A stretch of DNA of 64,000 nt from Candidatus Latescibacterota bacterium (GTDB lineage Bacteria; Krumholzibacteriota; Krumholzibacteriia; WVZY01). The first letter of the stretch is position 1. Each line of letters begins with the position of its first letter. The stretch spans positions 128,001 to 192,000 of the forward strand of contig CAWBQK010000011.1 in NCBI GenBank assembly GCA_963791045.1, read 5' to 3'. The notes beneath the pieces are model-generated. The model did not search any database, was not told where the DNA came from, and worked only from the letters and a program-made list of their open reading frames with translations. Positions 46,671 through 57,723 of the stretch are shown here, in pieces. Both the position numbers and the translations under genes were made by a program.

Positions 46671-49600
46671 ATGACTCAAAGATCACTTAGGGTTTTTCTG
46701 TGTGTCTGTTTTGCGACAGGGTTCCTTGCATCCGCTTCGGTTGCCAAAGACGTGACCGACTACCGGCCGCGGCCCACATTCATCGAACTGCCCCAACCCG
46801 CGGCGAATCCACCGGAGATCGGCATTCCCATGCGTCAGGCGGCCGCCTCGGACACCACTCTTCTTGGGTGGTGGCAGTTCGAAACCCCGGCGGGGGTGCC
46901 GGATGAACAGGGGTGGACGAAGATCGACAAGACGGCGCAAGAAAAGACGTACTTTCACATCGACGGCCCGGCGTGCAGCGATATAACCGCGGTGAGCGGG
47001 GTCAAATCGATGTGGTGCGGTCAACGGCCGAGTTCGGCCGATCCGTGGTGTGGTTGGGCGGCGCTCCCCGGTTACGGGGGTAGCTGGGACCAGTCGCTGG
47101 TCACGCCGGAAATCGCGATGCCCGCCTCTATGACATACACGGCTGTTTGGGACTCCGAGCCGGGGTACGACCGCACGTTTGTTGAATATTGGGATGACGC
47201 AAACGAACAATGGGTTGAAATCTCAACGGTAAACGGAGGGCAGGGATCGTACGACGGTGCGGGGGGACCGATTGTCGAAACCGTGTCGGCCGCCGCGACG
47301 ACGACAACACGTTTCCGATTTCACTTCGCGTCGGATGGGGCCTGGGACGACAGGGACGGTTTGTCTCCGTCGGACGAGGGCGCGATCAAGGTCGATGATA
47401 TTACGACCACCTACGGAGCCGGTCCCACAATCGCTTTTGAAGACTTCGAGGATGAATCGTGCGATGCCCTTGTCTCCAACGATGGGTTCTGGACGGCGGA
47501 ACCCGCACCGGGCTACGGCATCTTCGCACACCTGACCTCGGGCGCTTCGGTTATCCAGGAAGACCCGTGTCGGCGTCCGATATCGTTCCTTTGGGCCTTC
47601 TTCGACGATCCGCTCGTGACGAACTACGAGTGCGGCGGTTTCCCGCACCAGGGCGCGATGCCCTACGGCCCGAACGAGAACGGGCTTTACCTGGACAACG
47701 AGATCTGGTCGCCGTGGGTGCCTTTGACGGGAAGCGGTGACGAATACCGCTTGGAGTTCCTCACGTATCGTGACCTTCCGCTGGACAACCTTCAGTGTTA
47801 CAAATATCACATCAGGACGCGTGGCCTCGACGGCTGTGCCGGTCAATGGGACGACTATGCTTCGGATTTTTACTATGGTGGGCAAAAAGACTGGCATCGT
47901 TTTACGTTGAATATCTCGTCCCTGATCGCATCGGGCGCCGTGGACGTCCAGGTGGCGGTCGGGGCGTGGGATGCGTGCCGCTGGTATTGTGGCATCTACG
48001 GGACCGGGGCGTGTCACAGCCATGCCCCGTTAATCGACCAGGTCAGGGTGTCTCGCATCGATGTCCAGGGCCCGCAGTGGAACGTCCGTCATATCGATCT
48101 GTGGCAAGACAACTTCCCCGAAGAGGGCGGCGTCGATCCTGCGACCGGTTATACGCGGTGTGACATGGCACAGGATATCCTCCCGAGCTTGAACGGATCG
48201 ATTCTTCCCGGAGATTCAATTGCAGTCGAGGCGACCGATCCGAACGGGTTTGCCGTGGACAACACGGGCGGAAGACCGGGAGTAGCGATTTACGCATTTG
48301 TCAAAGTGACGGATCGTTTTGGCAATCCCAAAGCGGGGAAGAGTGGCACAGCGATCCAGTCACCCGACAACCAGGGTTACAGCGGCGACTCGAATGCGGG
48401 GTCTCCTTCGGTGGCCGCATGTTGCCGGAGTGGCGCCGACCGGATGGGATGCGTACAGGATGGACCGGTGCTACACACCCAATGGCGGTGTGGTGGCCGA
48501 CCGGTTCTGCTGCGACCTCATGGATCTGGGATCCGGCGCGACCGGTCCGCACTACAACCATGCGAACGAGAACACGGCGGCTAACGTCGGTATCTTCACG
48601 CCGGGTGACGTGATCAACTACATCCTCGCGGCGAAGAACAGCCTGGGACAGTGGAGCTACATGTACCGAACGTTCGGCGGTCAGGGTGAGACCACCCGTA
48701 CGAGGAGACCTGAGCGACGGCCACTTGCCGATCCGATGGAATGGTCGGTGCTTCCCGACGCGGGTCTTCTCGCTGGCGACGCCGGTGACATCCTCTTTGT
48801 CGATGACGCAGACGACCGTGGCGGCCCCGCGCAGCTGTATTTCGACTGGGCATTCAGGTATCTGAACATCGAAGACCGTGTCGACCGTTTCGACGTGCTC
48901 GGCCCGTCCTCCAATGTTGGAAATAGTCTGGCCTCACGTGTCAAGGACGTATCCAGAACCAGATGATCGGTGACCCGATTGAGATCTATCAGGCGGTTCT
49001 CTGGAACTCGAGTGACCTTAGCTCGGGTCTCATGGGTGACGGTGGCGCGGCCAACGGCGGCAGCGGTTCCGAAAAGTCCGACGACTATGCACTCGCTCGA
49101 CTTCTTCCTGAACAACCACCCGGACAATCCGGGTTGGGCTGCCTGCGGGCGACGACATGGCCGAAGAATGGGCCACCTTGACGGGCGCCGGCGCGCTCAA
49201 CGTGAAGAGCATTTGGATGACCCACACACTCATCGAGTGGGGACCACAAACTTGTCGGGCGAAGCTGTTTCCCCACTCGTCTACCAGAACACCGGGGTTC
49301 CCCGATCGGCTCCGGCACTCGATGTATCGCGTATGGCGGCTGTCCCGTTATAAACGACTTCGATGTCATGTCCGCCACGGGTCGCCGCGTTTGATGCGAT
49401 GTCATACGGTGCCGTCGATGCCGCGTAACGCCGCGGTTGTGGCCCAGGCGACGGCGAACGCGTGCAGGCACAACGGCGCGCTACGTGCTCGCGGGCTTTG
49501 CGTACAACTACATCCGTGATGATGGCTTCGGGCGGCGCCCTGGATCGCGTAACGCCACCTGCGCGACGTCCTTGTGTGCTTCCAGAACATCATCGACGAG

Positions 49601-49909
49601 CCGATCGGCATCGACCCGGTGGCGTTCTCGAACTCACTCGACAACGCGTACCCGAACCCGTTCAACCCGACGACGACGATAAAATACACAATCGCCGAGC
49701 GCGGGCACGTGAGCCTGAAGATCTACAACGCGGCGGGACAACTGGTCCGCAACCTCGTCGACGAGATGCAGTCGCCGCAAGAGGTCGGATTCTCGAAGAC
49801 CTGGAACGGCATGAACGACCAGGGCCAGCCGGTCTCGAGCGGTGTGTATTTCTATAAATTGACTGCGCAGAACTTCACACAGACGAAGAAAATGGTTCTT
49901 CTGAAGTAG
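46671..49909 (+). CDS. Large secreted paralog (copy 2), many frameshifts after ~48400
   Basis: ORF pieces 46632-48584, 48319-48966, 48963-49181 and 49574-49909 tile copy 1. Confidence 0.75.
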
Positions 49910-49959
49910 GAAGATCGCGCGTGGTTGGTGTTGTCCGCGGTATAAAACAGTGGGCAAAA

Positions 49960-49996
49960 CAAAAGGGGCCGGCATTAATTGCCGGCCCGTTTTTCT
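49960..49996. terminator. Intrinsic terminator, duplicated at 53679-53707
   Basis: AAAAGGGGCCGGCA-ttaat-TGCCGGCCC-gTTTTT. Confidence 0.7.
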
Positions 49997-50049
49997 TGAT
50001 ATTTCTCAATAGCTTAGTTGACGATCGTCTTTCGTTCGTCTCAGGCGTA

Positions 50050-50088
50050 AACTAACTGATTGACGATTAAGGGCGTTTGTGTTATTAT
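50050..50088 (+). promoter_or_regulatory. Sigma70 promoter of copy 3 with upstream AACTAACTGATT motif
   Basis: TTGACG(50060)-N17-TATTAT(50083) with TGn extension. Confidence 0.75.
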
Positions 50089-50370
50089 ATGGCCCTCTAT
50101 GCGTTGGGGACGTCATCTTCTGGCCCAACACCCATCGCACCGTCCCTTCATCGACTCAGACCAGCTAAGACATGTTAGCAATTCGATATTCTTGCCAGTC
50201 CATCACCAGCCTGGTGGACTGTTCTGTGCGCGCCGACGAGGAGGTGATGTGAGTCGTAGCGTATGTCGGGCCAACTTTCACGCTGGTTTTTGGGAATGTA
50301 TCGCCTTAAATCGAAGCGCAATTCAAATGAGTTGCGTCCACAAGGAAAGCAACGATGGAGGAATGACAGA

Positions 50371-53300
50371 ATGAAGAAAGTGTTCCTTGTGTCTCTGTGT
50401 GTAATCTTTGCACTTAGCGTCGTCGCTTCAGCTTCGTTCGCGAAGAGACACACAAGGTAAATATGCCAATTACAATTTCACCGACCTTCCGCAAGCGGTT
50501 TCGAACCCAGCGGAAATCGGTGGCTCAATGTTCCAGGCCGCAGCGGCCGGAACGACCCAGCTTGGTTGGTGGCAGTTTGACAGCGCCGTCGGCGCACCTG
50601 ATTTTCAGGGTTGGACCGCAACCGACATGACCGCCCAGCTCAAGGCTTACTTCCACGTTGATGGTTCCGGTTGTAGCGGCATGACGCCTGTCACCGGTCT
50701 CCAGTCAATGTGGTGTGGCGAGCCTGCGGGTAGTGGCGATCCGTGGTGTGGTTGGGGCACGCTGCCCGGTTATGGAAATAACTGGTCACAGGCCCTCATA
50801 ACGCCGGTTCTTGTAATGCCCGCACAGATGACCTATACGACCATTTGGGACTCCGAGCCGGGTTATGACTACACTTACGTGCAGTACTGGGATGACGTCA
50901 ACATGCAGTGGGTTGACGATGCCAACATCAACGCTGGTGCCGGCTCCTATGACGGCGCGGGTGGCCCGCTTGGTTGAGACTGTTGTCGTACCGTTACGGC
51001 AGGTCGATCACCAATACGCAGTTCCGGTTCAACTTCCAGTCCGATGGGGCGTGGAGTGATGAAGACGGTCTGTGGCCGACCACAGAGGGTGCCTTCAAGG
51101 TTGACGACATCACGACAACCTACGGCTTCGGTCCCTCCAGTTGAACTGAACGTCGCCGTCTTTGAAGGCTGGAAGCCTGTGGCGATGTTCGCCACAATCG
51201 ACGGTTTCTGGAACGCCGCACCGGCTCCCCCGTTCGGACTTTATGCCCAGCTGCATTCGGCTGCCAGCATCGTCCAGGAGGACCCGTGTCTGCGTCCGCT
51301 TTCGAACCTTTGGGGCTTCTTCGACGATCCTCTGGTCACCAACTATGCGTGTGGTGGCTGGCCGCTCCAGGGTGCGATGCCTTATGGACCGGACGTTAGC
51401 GGTCTTTACATGAACAACGAGATCTGGTCGCCCTGGGTGGCCAACACAGGTAGCGGTAGCCAGTATCGTATGACGCTGCTTACCTACCGTGACCTTCCTC
51501 TCGATAACCTTCAGTTCTACGTCTGGGCGATTCGCACACGCGACATCACCGGATGTCCGACCACCTGGGACAACTTCAACTTTGTCTATTATGGTGGCCA
51601 GAAGGACTGGATCCGTACGACGTTCGAAGTTGGTAACTTCGTACCAGGTGGCGCGGTTGACGTTCAGGCGTCGATCGGTGCCGTCGACCAGTGCGGCGTA
51701 TGGTGCGGTATCTACGGAACGGGTGCCTGCCATAGCCACGCTCCGGTCATCGATCAGGTCAGACTTGTCCGTGTCGATGTCCAGGGCCCGCAGTGGAACG
51801 TCCGTCATATCGACCTGTGGCATGACAACTTCCCCGAAGAAGGCGGAGTTGACCCTGCAACGAGCTTTGCCCGTTGCGACATGGCTCAGGACATTCTTCC
51901 CGGCACAAACGGCTCGATTCTTCCTGGTGACTCACTGGCTATCGAAGTGACCGACCCGAACGGGTTGGCCGTCGATAACACCGGTGGCCGTCCGGGCACC
52001 GCCGTTTATGTCTTTGTTAAAGTGACCGACCGCTTTGGCAACCCCAAAGCCGGAAAAGCCGGTCTGACAATCCAGTCGCCTGACTTCGACGCCTACGTGG
52101 GCGACCCGAACACGGGTCTCCTTCGTTACCCGTTCGTGGCTGGCCTGGCTCCCGCCGGTTGGGATGCCTACCGGATGGATGCCTGCTACACCTCAGGTGG
52201 CGGCCTTGTTACCGACCGTTACTGTGCGGACCTCATGGATCTCGGCTTCGGCGCGACCGGTCCTCACTATAACCATACGAACGAGAACTCTGCGGCTAAC
52301 GTTGGTATCTTCACACCGGGGGACGTAATCAACTACGTCCTCGCGGCTCAGAACTCACTGGGTCAGTGGAGCTATCTGTACCGTACGTTCGGCGGTCAGG
52401 GTGCCATCACCCGTACGACCAGCCTCGCGACGGCGACAGCCGAGCCGATGGAATGGTCAGTTCTTCCTGACGCGGGTCTTCTCGCTGGCGACGCCGGTGA
52501 CATCCTCTACGTGGATGACGCCGACGACCGTGGCGGCCCCGCTCAGCTGTATTTCGACTGGGCATTCAAGTATCTGAACATTGAAGACCGTGTCGACCGT
52601 TTCGACGTGCTCGGCCCGTCCTCCAATGTTGGAAACAGTCTGTCCTCACGTGTCAAGGCCTATCCAGAACCAGATGATCGGTGACCCGGTTGAGGTCTAT
52701 CAGAAGGTTCTCTGGAACTCGAGTGACCTTAGCTCGGGTCTCATGGGTGACGGTGGCACGGCCAATGGCGGCAGCGGTTCCGAGAAGTCCGACGACTATG
52801 CGCTCGCCGACTTCTTCCTGAACAACCACCCGGACAATCCGGGCTGGGCTGCCTGGGGCGACGACATGGCGGCAGAGTGGGCGACCCTCACGGGCGCCGG
52901 CGCGGTCAACGTGAAGAGCGTCTGGATGACCCACGTACTCATCAGTGGAGACCACAAACTCGCCGGTGAAAATGTGTCTCCCAAAGTGTACGACAATACT
53001 GGGGGTTGGCCTGGGTTGGCTGCAGCGCCACCTTCCCCCGCGGCTTTCTATGCCTATGGCGGCTGTGCCGTTATCAACGACTTCGATGTCATGTCCGCCA
53101 CGGGTGGCGCGTTTGATGCGATGTCATACGGTGCCGTCGATGCCGGTAACGCCGCTGTTGTGGCCCAGGAGACGGCGAACGGCGCTGGCACTACGGCGCG
53201 GTACGCGCTCGCCGGGTTTGGGTTCAACTACATTCGAGACGATGGTTCGGGTTTCGCCCTGGACCGCGTAACCCACCTTCACGGCGTTCTGGTCGCTTTC

Positions 53301-53627
53301 CAGAACATCATCGACGAGCCGATCGGCATCGATCCGGTGGCGTTCTCGAACTCACTCGACAACGCGTATCCGAACCCCTTCAACCCGTCGACGACGATAA
53401 AATACACAATCGCCGAGCGCGGGCACGTGAGCCTGAAGATCTACAACGCGGCGGGACAGCTGGTTCGCAACCTCGTCGACGAGATGCAGTCGCCGCAAGA
53501 GGTCGGATTCTCGAAGACCTGGAGCGGCATGAACGACCAGGGCCAGCCGGTCTCGAGTGGTGTGTATTTCTATAAATTGACTGCGCAGAACTTCACACAG
53601 ACGAAGAAGATGGTTCTTCTGAAGTAG
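50371..53627 (+). CDS. Large secreted paralog (copy 3), several frameshifts
   Basis: GGAGG SD; MKKVFLVSLCVIF signal peptide; pieces 50408-50977, 51044-52684 and 52581-53627 tile copy 1. Confidence 0.8.
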
Positions 53628-53706
53628 GAAGATCGCGCGTGGTTGGTGTTGTCCGCGGTATAAAACAGTGGGCAAAACAAAAGGGGCCGGCATTAATTGC
53701 CGGCCC
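53298..53706 (+). repeat. Near-identical direct repeat, other copies at 46298-46627 and 49580-49988
   Basis: About 330 bp encoding the C-terminal domain is shared by all three genes; copies 2 and 3 also share ~79 bp of downstream DNA including the terminator. Confidence 0.9.
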
Positions 53707-53736
53707 CTCGTAATTCTATCGCCGCGAAACTTAAGG

Positions 53737-53877
53737 TTAACCCTTCTCGCCCCGCGCGATTTTTGCTTTCAACCCTTCTAGTTCCTGGGCGATTGCCCGC
53801 TGCTTCTTGCCCATGTCGAAGAGGTAGACAAAAACGGCGAACCAGATTATCGCGTATGCAACAAACATCCAGGTCAT
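53737..53877 (-). CDS. ccmD: Heme exporter protein CcmD, 46 aa (not in the ORF track)
   Basis: GGGGAG SD; MTWMFVAYAIIWFAVFVYLFDMGKKQRAIAQELEGLK; directly after ccmC. Confidence 0.75.
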   Translation of the reverse strand: MTWMFVAYAIIWFAVFVYLFDMGKKQRAIAQELEGLKAKIARGEKG

Positions 53878-53943
53878 TGATTTCTCCCCTTATTGATAAG
53901 TGTCATTGGCGGCGTCCGCCGCCGTCCGGCGCCAGAAAACTGA

Positions 53944-54639
53944 TTATTCTCCCTGTTCCAGGAGATCCTGGAGATCGTCGATCTCATCGCGAAGCGCCTG
54001 GAGACGGAGCCGGTATCTCAAAATCGTAAAATAGAGCAACGTAAAGGTTGCGATGCAAAACAAGAGTGTCATGAGCATCGAACCCTCAAGTCCCGAATCG
54101 TCGCCACCCGACATGACCGGCTGGGGATGCTGTGTCCGCCACCACCGGATCGAGAAATAAACGAGCGGAACGTCTATAAACCCAATGACGCCGAGCACAG
54201 CCGAAAAGGTCGCGCGCCGCTCAGGATCCGACATGTAATGACGGAGCATGATGTAAGCCACGTAAATGAGCCACAGCACCAGCGTGAGTGTCAGCCGCGC
54301 ATCCCACGTCCACCACACGCCCCACACCGGTTTCGCCCATATCGGCCCGGTGATGAGGACGAGCGTACAAAAGAGCACGCCGATCTCAGCCGAAGCGGAG
54401 GCGAGTGTGTCCCACCGCTTGTTGCTCCTGATGAGATAGATCAGGCTGAACACAAATACCATAAAGAAAGCGAAGAACGCCAACCACGCCGACGGCACAT
54501 GGAAGTAGAAGATCTTCTGAACCTCTCCCATTGTGGCCTCGGTCGGGACATACATGAAGACGAGATAGATGCTCACCATCATCGCGACAAGCGTGAGCAC
54601 GGTGAGCACCAATCCAAGGTTGTCTCTATTCGTATTCAT
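53944..54639 (-). CDS. ccmC: Heme exporter CcmC
   Basis: IFYFHVPSAW, WAKPVWGVWWTWDARLT (WWD domain), WWRTQHP. Confidence 0.93.
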   Translation of the reverse strand: MNTNRDNLGLVLTVLTLVAMMVSIYLVFMYVPTEATMGEVQKIFYFHVPSAWLAFFAFFMVFVFSLIYLIRSNKRWDTLASASAEIGVLFCTLVLITGPIWAKPVWGVWWTWDARLTLTLVLWLIYVAYIMLRHYMSDPERRATFSAVLGVIGFIDVPLVYFSIRWWRTQHPQPVMSGGDDSGLEGSMLMTLLFCIATFTLLYFTILRYRLRLQALRDEIDDLQDLLEQGE

Positions 54640-54645
54640 AGTGCG

Positions 54646-55311
54646 TTATTCCTGGAGAATGTACCCAAACGTCAAAAACGACACGGTTACAAAAATTACA
54701 TCGTACGTAACGAGGAGCCTGAACCAGAAAGTCGGATCGGTGTCCGCGCCAAGAGCATACGCCGTTGCTTCCACCGAGGCGATCAAAATCGGAATCGTAA
54801 TAGGGAGCAAAAGGATCGGCAGGATCACCTCACGCATCCTGGTGTGGACGGCGATCGCGGAGAAAAGCGTTCCGACCGAAGAAAAACCGACGGACCCCAG
54901 AAAGAGAACCAACAGCAGGTAATGGAGCTTGCCCATGATATCCACATTGAAAAATATGGCGAAGAGCGGCAAGAGGATGATCTGTGTTATGAGCATGAAG
55001 ATCACATTGGCGAGGCATTTCCCAAGATAGATGCCGCCGCGGTCGACCGGCGCAATCTGGAGACCCTGGACGCAGTTTTCATCCCGCTCGAGAGCGAACG
55101 AGCGGTTCAGCGACAACGTTCCACCAAACGCAAACGCGATCCAAAGGAAGCCCGCTCCCATTTTCACCGCTTCTTCGGATGTAAGATCCAACGTGAAGTT
55201 GAAAATGACGAGGACCATGAGCGAAAAGACAAACGACGCGCTAAAGGCCTCTTTGGTCTGAAGCTCGATCTTGAGGTCTTTCCACAATATTGTCGCGATC
55301 GTCCGCCACAT
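54646..55311 (-). CDS. ccmB: Heme exporter CcmB
   Basis: KDLKIE, NRSFALE, ILPILLLP..IP.LI. Confidence 0.9.
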   Translation of the reverse strand: MWRTIATILWKDLKIELQTKEAFSASFVFSLMVLVIFNFTLDLTSEEAVKMGAGFLWIAFAFGGTLSLNRSFALERDENCVQGLQIAPVDRGGIYLGKCLANVIFMLITQIILLPLFAIFFNVDIMGKLHYLLLVLFLGSVGFSSVGTLFSAIAVHTRMREVILPILLLPITIPILIASVEATAYALGADTDPTFWFRLLVTYDVIFVTVSFLTFGYILQE

Positions 55312-55331
55312 AAAACGTTCTCCCGGATAGC

Positions 55332-56105
55332 CTATCCGTTCAGAATCTGCAGGTACTCGCTTCGGAACTCATCAAATGTTCTTTCCTCAACCGATGTCTG
55401 ATAAACCACACGACCTCTGTCGAGCACCACAACACGGTCGGCGTGCCGCCAGCCGCGCTCGATATTGTGCGTCACCATCAAAAGCGCACCCCCGGCTTCC
55501 TTGAATTGTGTGAGAAATGTATCGAGGATGGCGGAAGCCCGTTCGTCGAGTCCCGTAAATGGCTCGTCGAGCATGAGGATTCCGGGGTCGTGAATGAACG
55601 CGCGGGCGAGAGAGACTCGCTGCTTCATCCCACGGCTCAGAGCGCGAACGAGCACGGATGTTTTCGCCTCGAGATCGACTTGTTGAATCATCTCGCGAAC
55701 GCGCTCGTCCCGGTTTTCTATCTCGTATAGGCGGGCGTAGAACATCAGGTTGTCGTAAACCGAGAGATCCTTGTAAAGAAGGCTGTCGTGCGAGACAAGA
55801 CCGATTCTGCGACGAAGATCTTCGTCGGCGTCCTTCACGTTCTTGCCAAAAAGAATCACGTCACCGGTGAACGACCGGATGATCGACGAAACGATTTTGA
55901 GGAATGTGGTTTTGCCCGCGCCGTTCCTGCCCACAATCGTGAGAAACTCCCCTCGCGACAATGTCAGCGAGAGGGATTTAAGGGCGGTAAAACGGCCGAA
56001 AGTTTTCGTGAGGTCGCGCGCTACAAGAAGCTCGGAATCACTAGACCTGGGTTGTTCCTTTTCGCTTTCGCGCCGGCTTTGATTTTTGGGGTTGAAGTTT
56101 GTCAA
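55332..56105 (-). CDS. ccmA: Heme ABC exporter ATPase CcmA
   Basis: GRNGAGKTT, LSRGMKQR, LDEPFTGLD; true start probably near 56048, where AGG stands in place of ATG after an AAGGA SD. Confidence 0.88.
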   Translation of the reverse strand: MTNFNPKNQSRRESEKEQPRSSDSELLVARDLTKTFGRFTALKSLSLTLSRGEFLTIVGRNGAGKTTFLKIVSSIIRSFTGDVILFGKNVKDADEDLRRRIGLVSHDSLLYKDLSVYDNLMFYARLYEIENRDERVREMIQQVDLEAKTSVLVRALSRGMKQRVSLARAFIHDPGILMLDEPFTGLDERASAILDTFLTQFKEAGGALLMVTHNIERGWRHADRVVVLDRGRVVYQTSVEERTFDEFRSEYLQILNG

Positions 56106-57297
56106 TTTTGTAGATTGTTCGTGCGAGTTTTTCTACGAGATCACCGCGCGTGCTCTTGTAAAGTTGATCGGTCAAGGTGCCCGTCGCGTACAGATCATCG
56201 AGTTTCGCGATCTGGCCTACGAGCGAATGCCTCTGCGTCGTCATTACGATAACCTGTGAATCCGGGTCCGGTGACGATTTTGTCCCAAGAGCCGCAACCA
56301 GGACAAGCAAAAGCGCAAAGCCGATAATGATAATAATTGTAAATTGTTCCCAGCCGGCCTCCAGGTTCATGATTTGATGCCCCGACTGCTGCTGATTCGC
56401 CGGAGCCCGGCCGTGAAGATGTGCCTCGCCTTTCCTGAAGGTCAGGGGAAGCGTTGAGGATTTGGGCAGCGACTCAAAACGGAACGACCTGAATCCGTGG
56501 GTCTCCCCCGGTTCGGGGAGCTCGAGACCTTTGCTGCTGACCTCCATCGACGGATCCTCGGTCATGACCACGAGTTCGTTCAGACCGTACTCGAGCGTCT
56601 CTGTGTAATCGTATCTCTCCGTCTCGTAATTCATGGAGTACGAAATGCCGACCCTGGTCTCACCGGGTTTGAAAGCATGTTCGATGGCGGAGATGTTGGG
56701 TTCGCCGGTCGGTTGGGGAGTCACCGTGATCGGTATCCCCAGGTCGGTAACAAACATCTGTGTAATCTCGATATTGTCGTCGGGGATCATGACGCGGAAT
56801 CCCGCGCCTTTTCCAAGGATGGTCCTGGGCGGATTCGACTGATTGTTGATCAGGTAAAGTCTGTCCACGGAGAGAGTGTCGTGGCTTCGCCTCGCCATAA
56901 AATGAGGGAGCGATACCTGGACACCTTCCCAGGAAGTTGTCGTCTCATATACTTTGACTTCAACCGCGTCTCCCAATTCTTCGGGATTCACGACCTCGGT
57001 GTATACGATACCTTTGTAATTCACCTGAAAGAGAAATACCGATATATCCTCTTTGAGGTTCTTGGCGACAAAATTGCCCTGGGCGTCCGATTCGATTTCA
57101 CCCTCAGTGGCCATCCCGTGGCGAGGGTCGACGACTGTGACCTTGATGACGCCGGCGGGCTCGCCGGTCGTGCCGTTTATGACCCGTCCCTTGATATCGA
57201 GGGCCGATGCCGTGCCCGGCGACGCTATCATGACCGCGATGGTCAGTACGGTGAACAAAAGGAAGGAACAAACGGATATCAGTCTCTGATTATTCAT
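56041..57297 (-). CDS. Exported membrane-anchored protein in the ccm operon (carboxypeptidase-regulatory-like N-domain, CcmI-like helical C-tail)
   Basis: Signal peptide; IKGRVINGTTG...SDAQGNF; C-terminal TM then IAKLDDLYATG.L....Y. Confidence 0.65.
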   Translation of the reverse strand: MNNQRLISVCSFLLFTVLTIAVMIASPGTASALDIKGRVINGTTGEPAGVIKVTVVDPRHGMATEGEIESDAQGNFVAKNLKEDISVFLFQVNYKGIVYTEVVNPEELGDAVEVKVYETTTSWEGVQVSLPHFMARRSHDTLSVDRLYLINNQSNPPRTILGKGAGFRVMIPDDNIEITQMFVTDLGIPITVTPQPTGEPNISAIEHAFKPGETRVGISYSMNYETERYDYTETLEYGLNELVVMTEDPSMEVSSKGLELPEPGETHGFRSFRFESLPKSSTLPLTFRKGEAHLHGRAPANQQQSGHQIMNLEAGWEQFTIIIIIGFALLLVLVAALGTKSSPDPDSQVIVMTTQRHSLVGQIAKLDDLYATGTLTDQLYKSTRGDLVEKLARTIYKIDKLQPQKSKPARKRKGTTQV

Positions 57298-57358
57298 TTT
57301 GAATATGTTGTCCTGTTATGGAAAAGTGCTCAAGAACGAAAGAGGGTAACCCGTAAAC

Positions 57359-57709
57359 TTACTTGATGCGGCGTTTCGATTTCACTTCGCCCTCGATCAG
57401 TTCTTCGATTTCTTTCCTGATTTTGAGTCTATCCAGTGTTTTGGATACCTCATCGATTTCGTCAACGTATCCTTTGCGCAGGGCCGAGTAATCCTGCTCG
57501 GAAAGCTTGCCCATTTCATGTTCGAAGTCGAGTTCCCTCATATTCTCCTCGATCCGCGCTTTCTTGAGGTTGAGGAAGTCGAGCTGTTTTGTGTCTCCAA
57601 ATTCGAACATGTCATCGAGCTGGTGCAGCTTGCGCTGCCTTCCGAACAAAGGGTACGTGATGAAAATAACTGCCGCGATGCCGATAAGGACTATGCTGAA
57701 ATATTCCAT
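57359..57709 (-). CDS. Small CcmI-N-terminus-like membrane protein
   Basis: N-terminal TM ending YPLF; MRELDFEHEMGKLSEQDY..LR. Confidence 0.65.
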   Translation of the reverse strand: MEYFSIVLIGIAAVIFITYPLFGRQRKLHQLDDMFEFGDTKQLDFLNLKKARIEENMRELDFEHEMGKLSEQDYSALRKGYVDEIDEVSKTLDRLKIRKEIEELIEGEVKSKRRIK

Positions 57710-57723
57710 TTTACATCATCACC

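Noticed and set aside
46298-53627. Diversity-generating retroelement (TR/VR pair) suggested by near-identical 3' gene ends
   Set aside because: The differences are few, mostly synonymous and not adenine-specific, and there is no reverse transcriptase in the window
46627-53627. Exact 7000-bp offset between the copy 1 and copy 3 stop codons
   Set aside because: Numerical coincidence, and the interval contains many apparent indel errors
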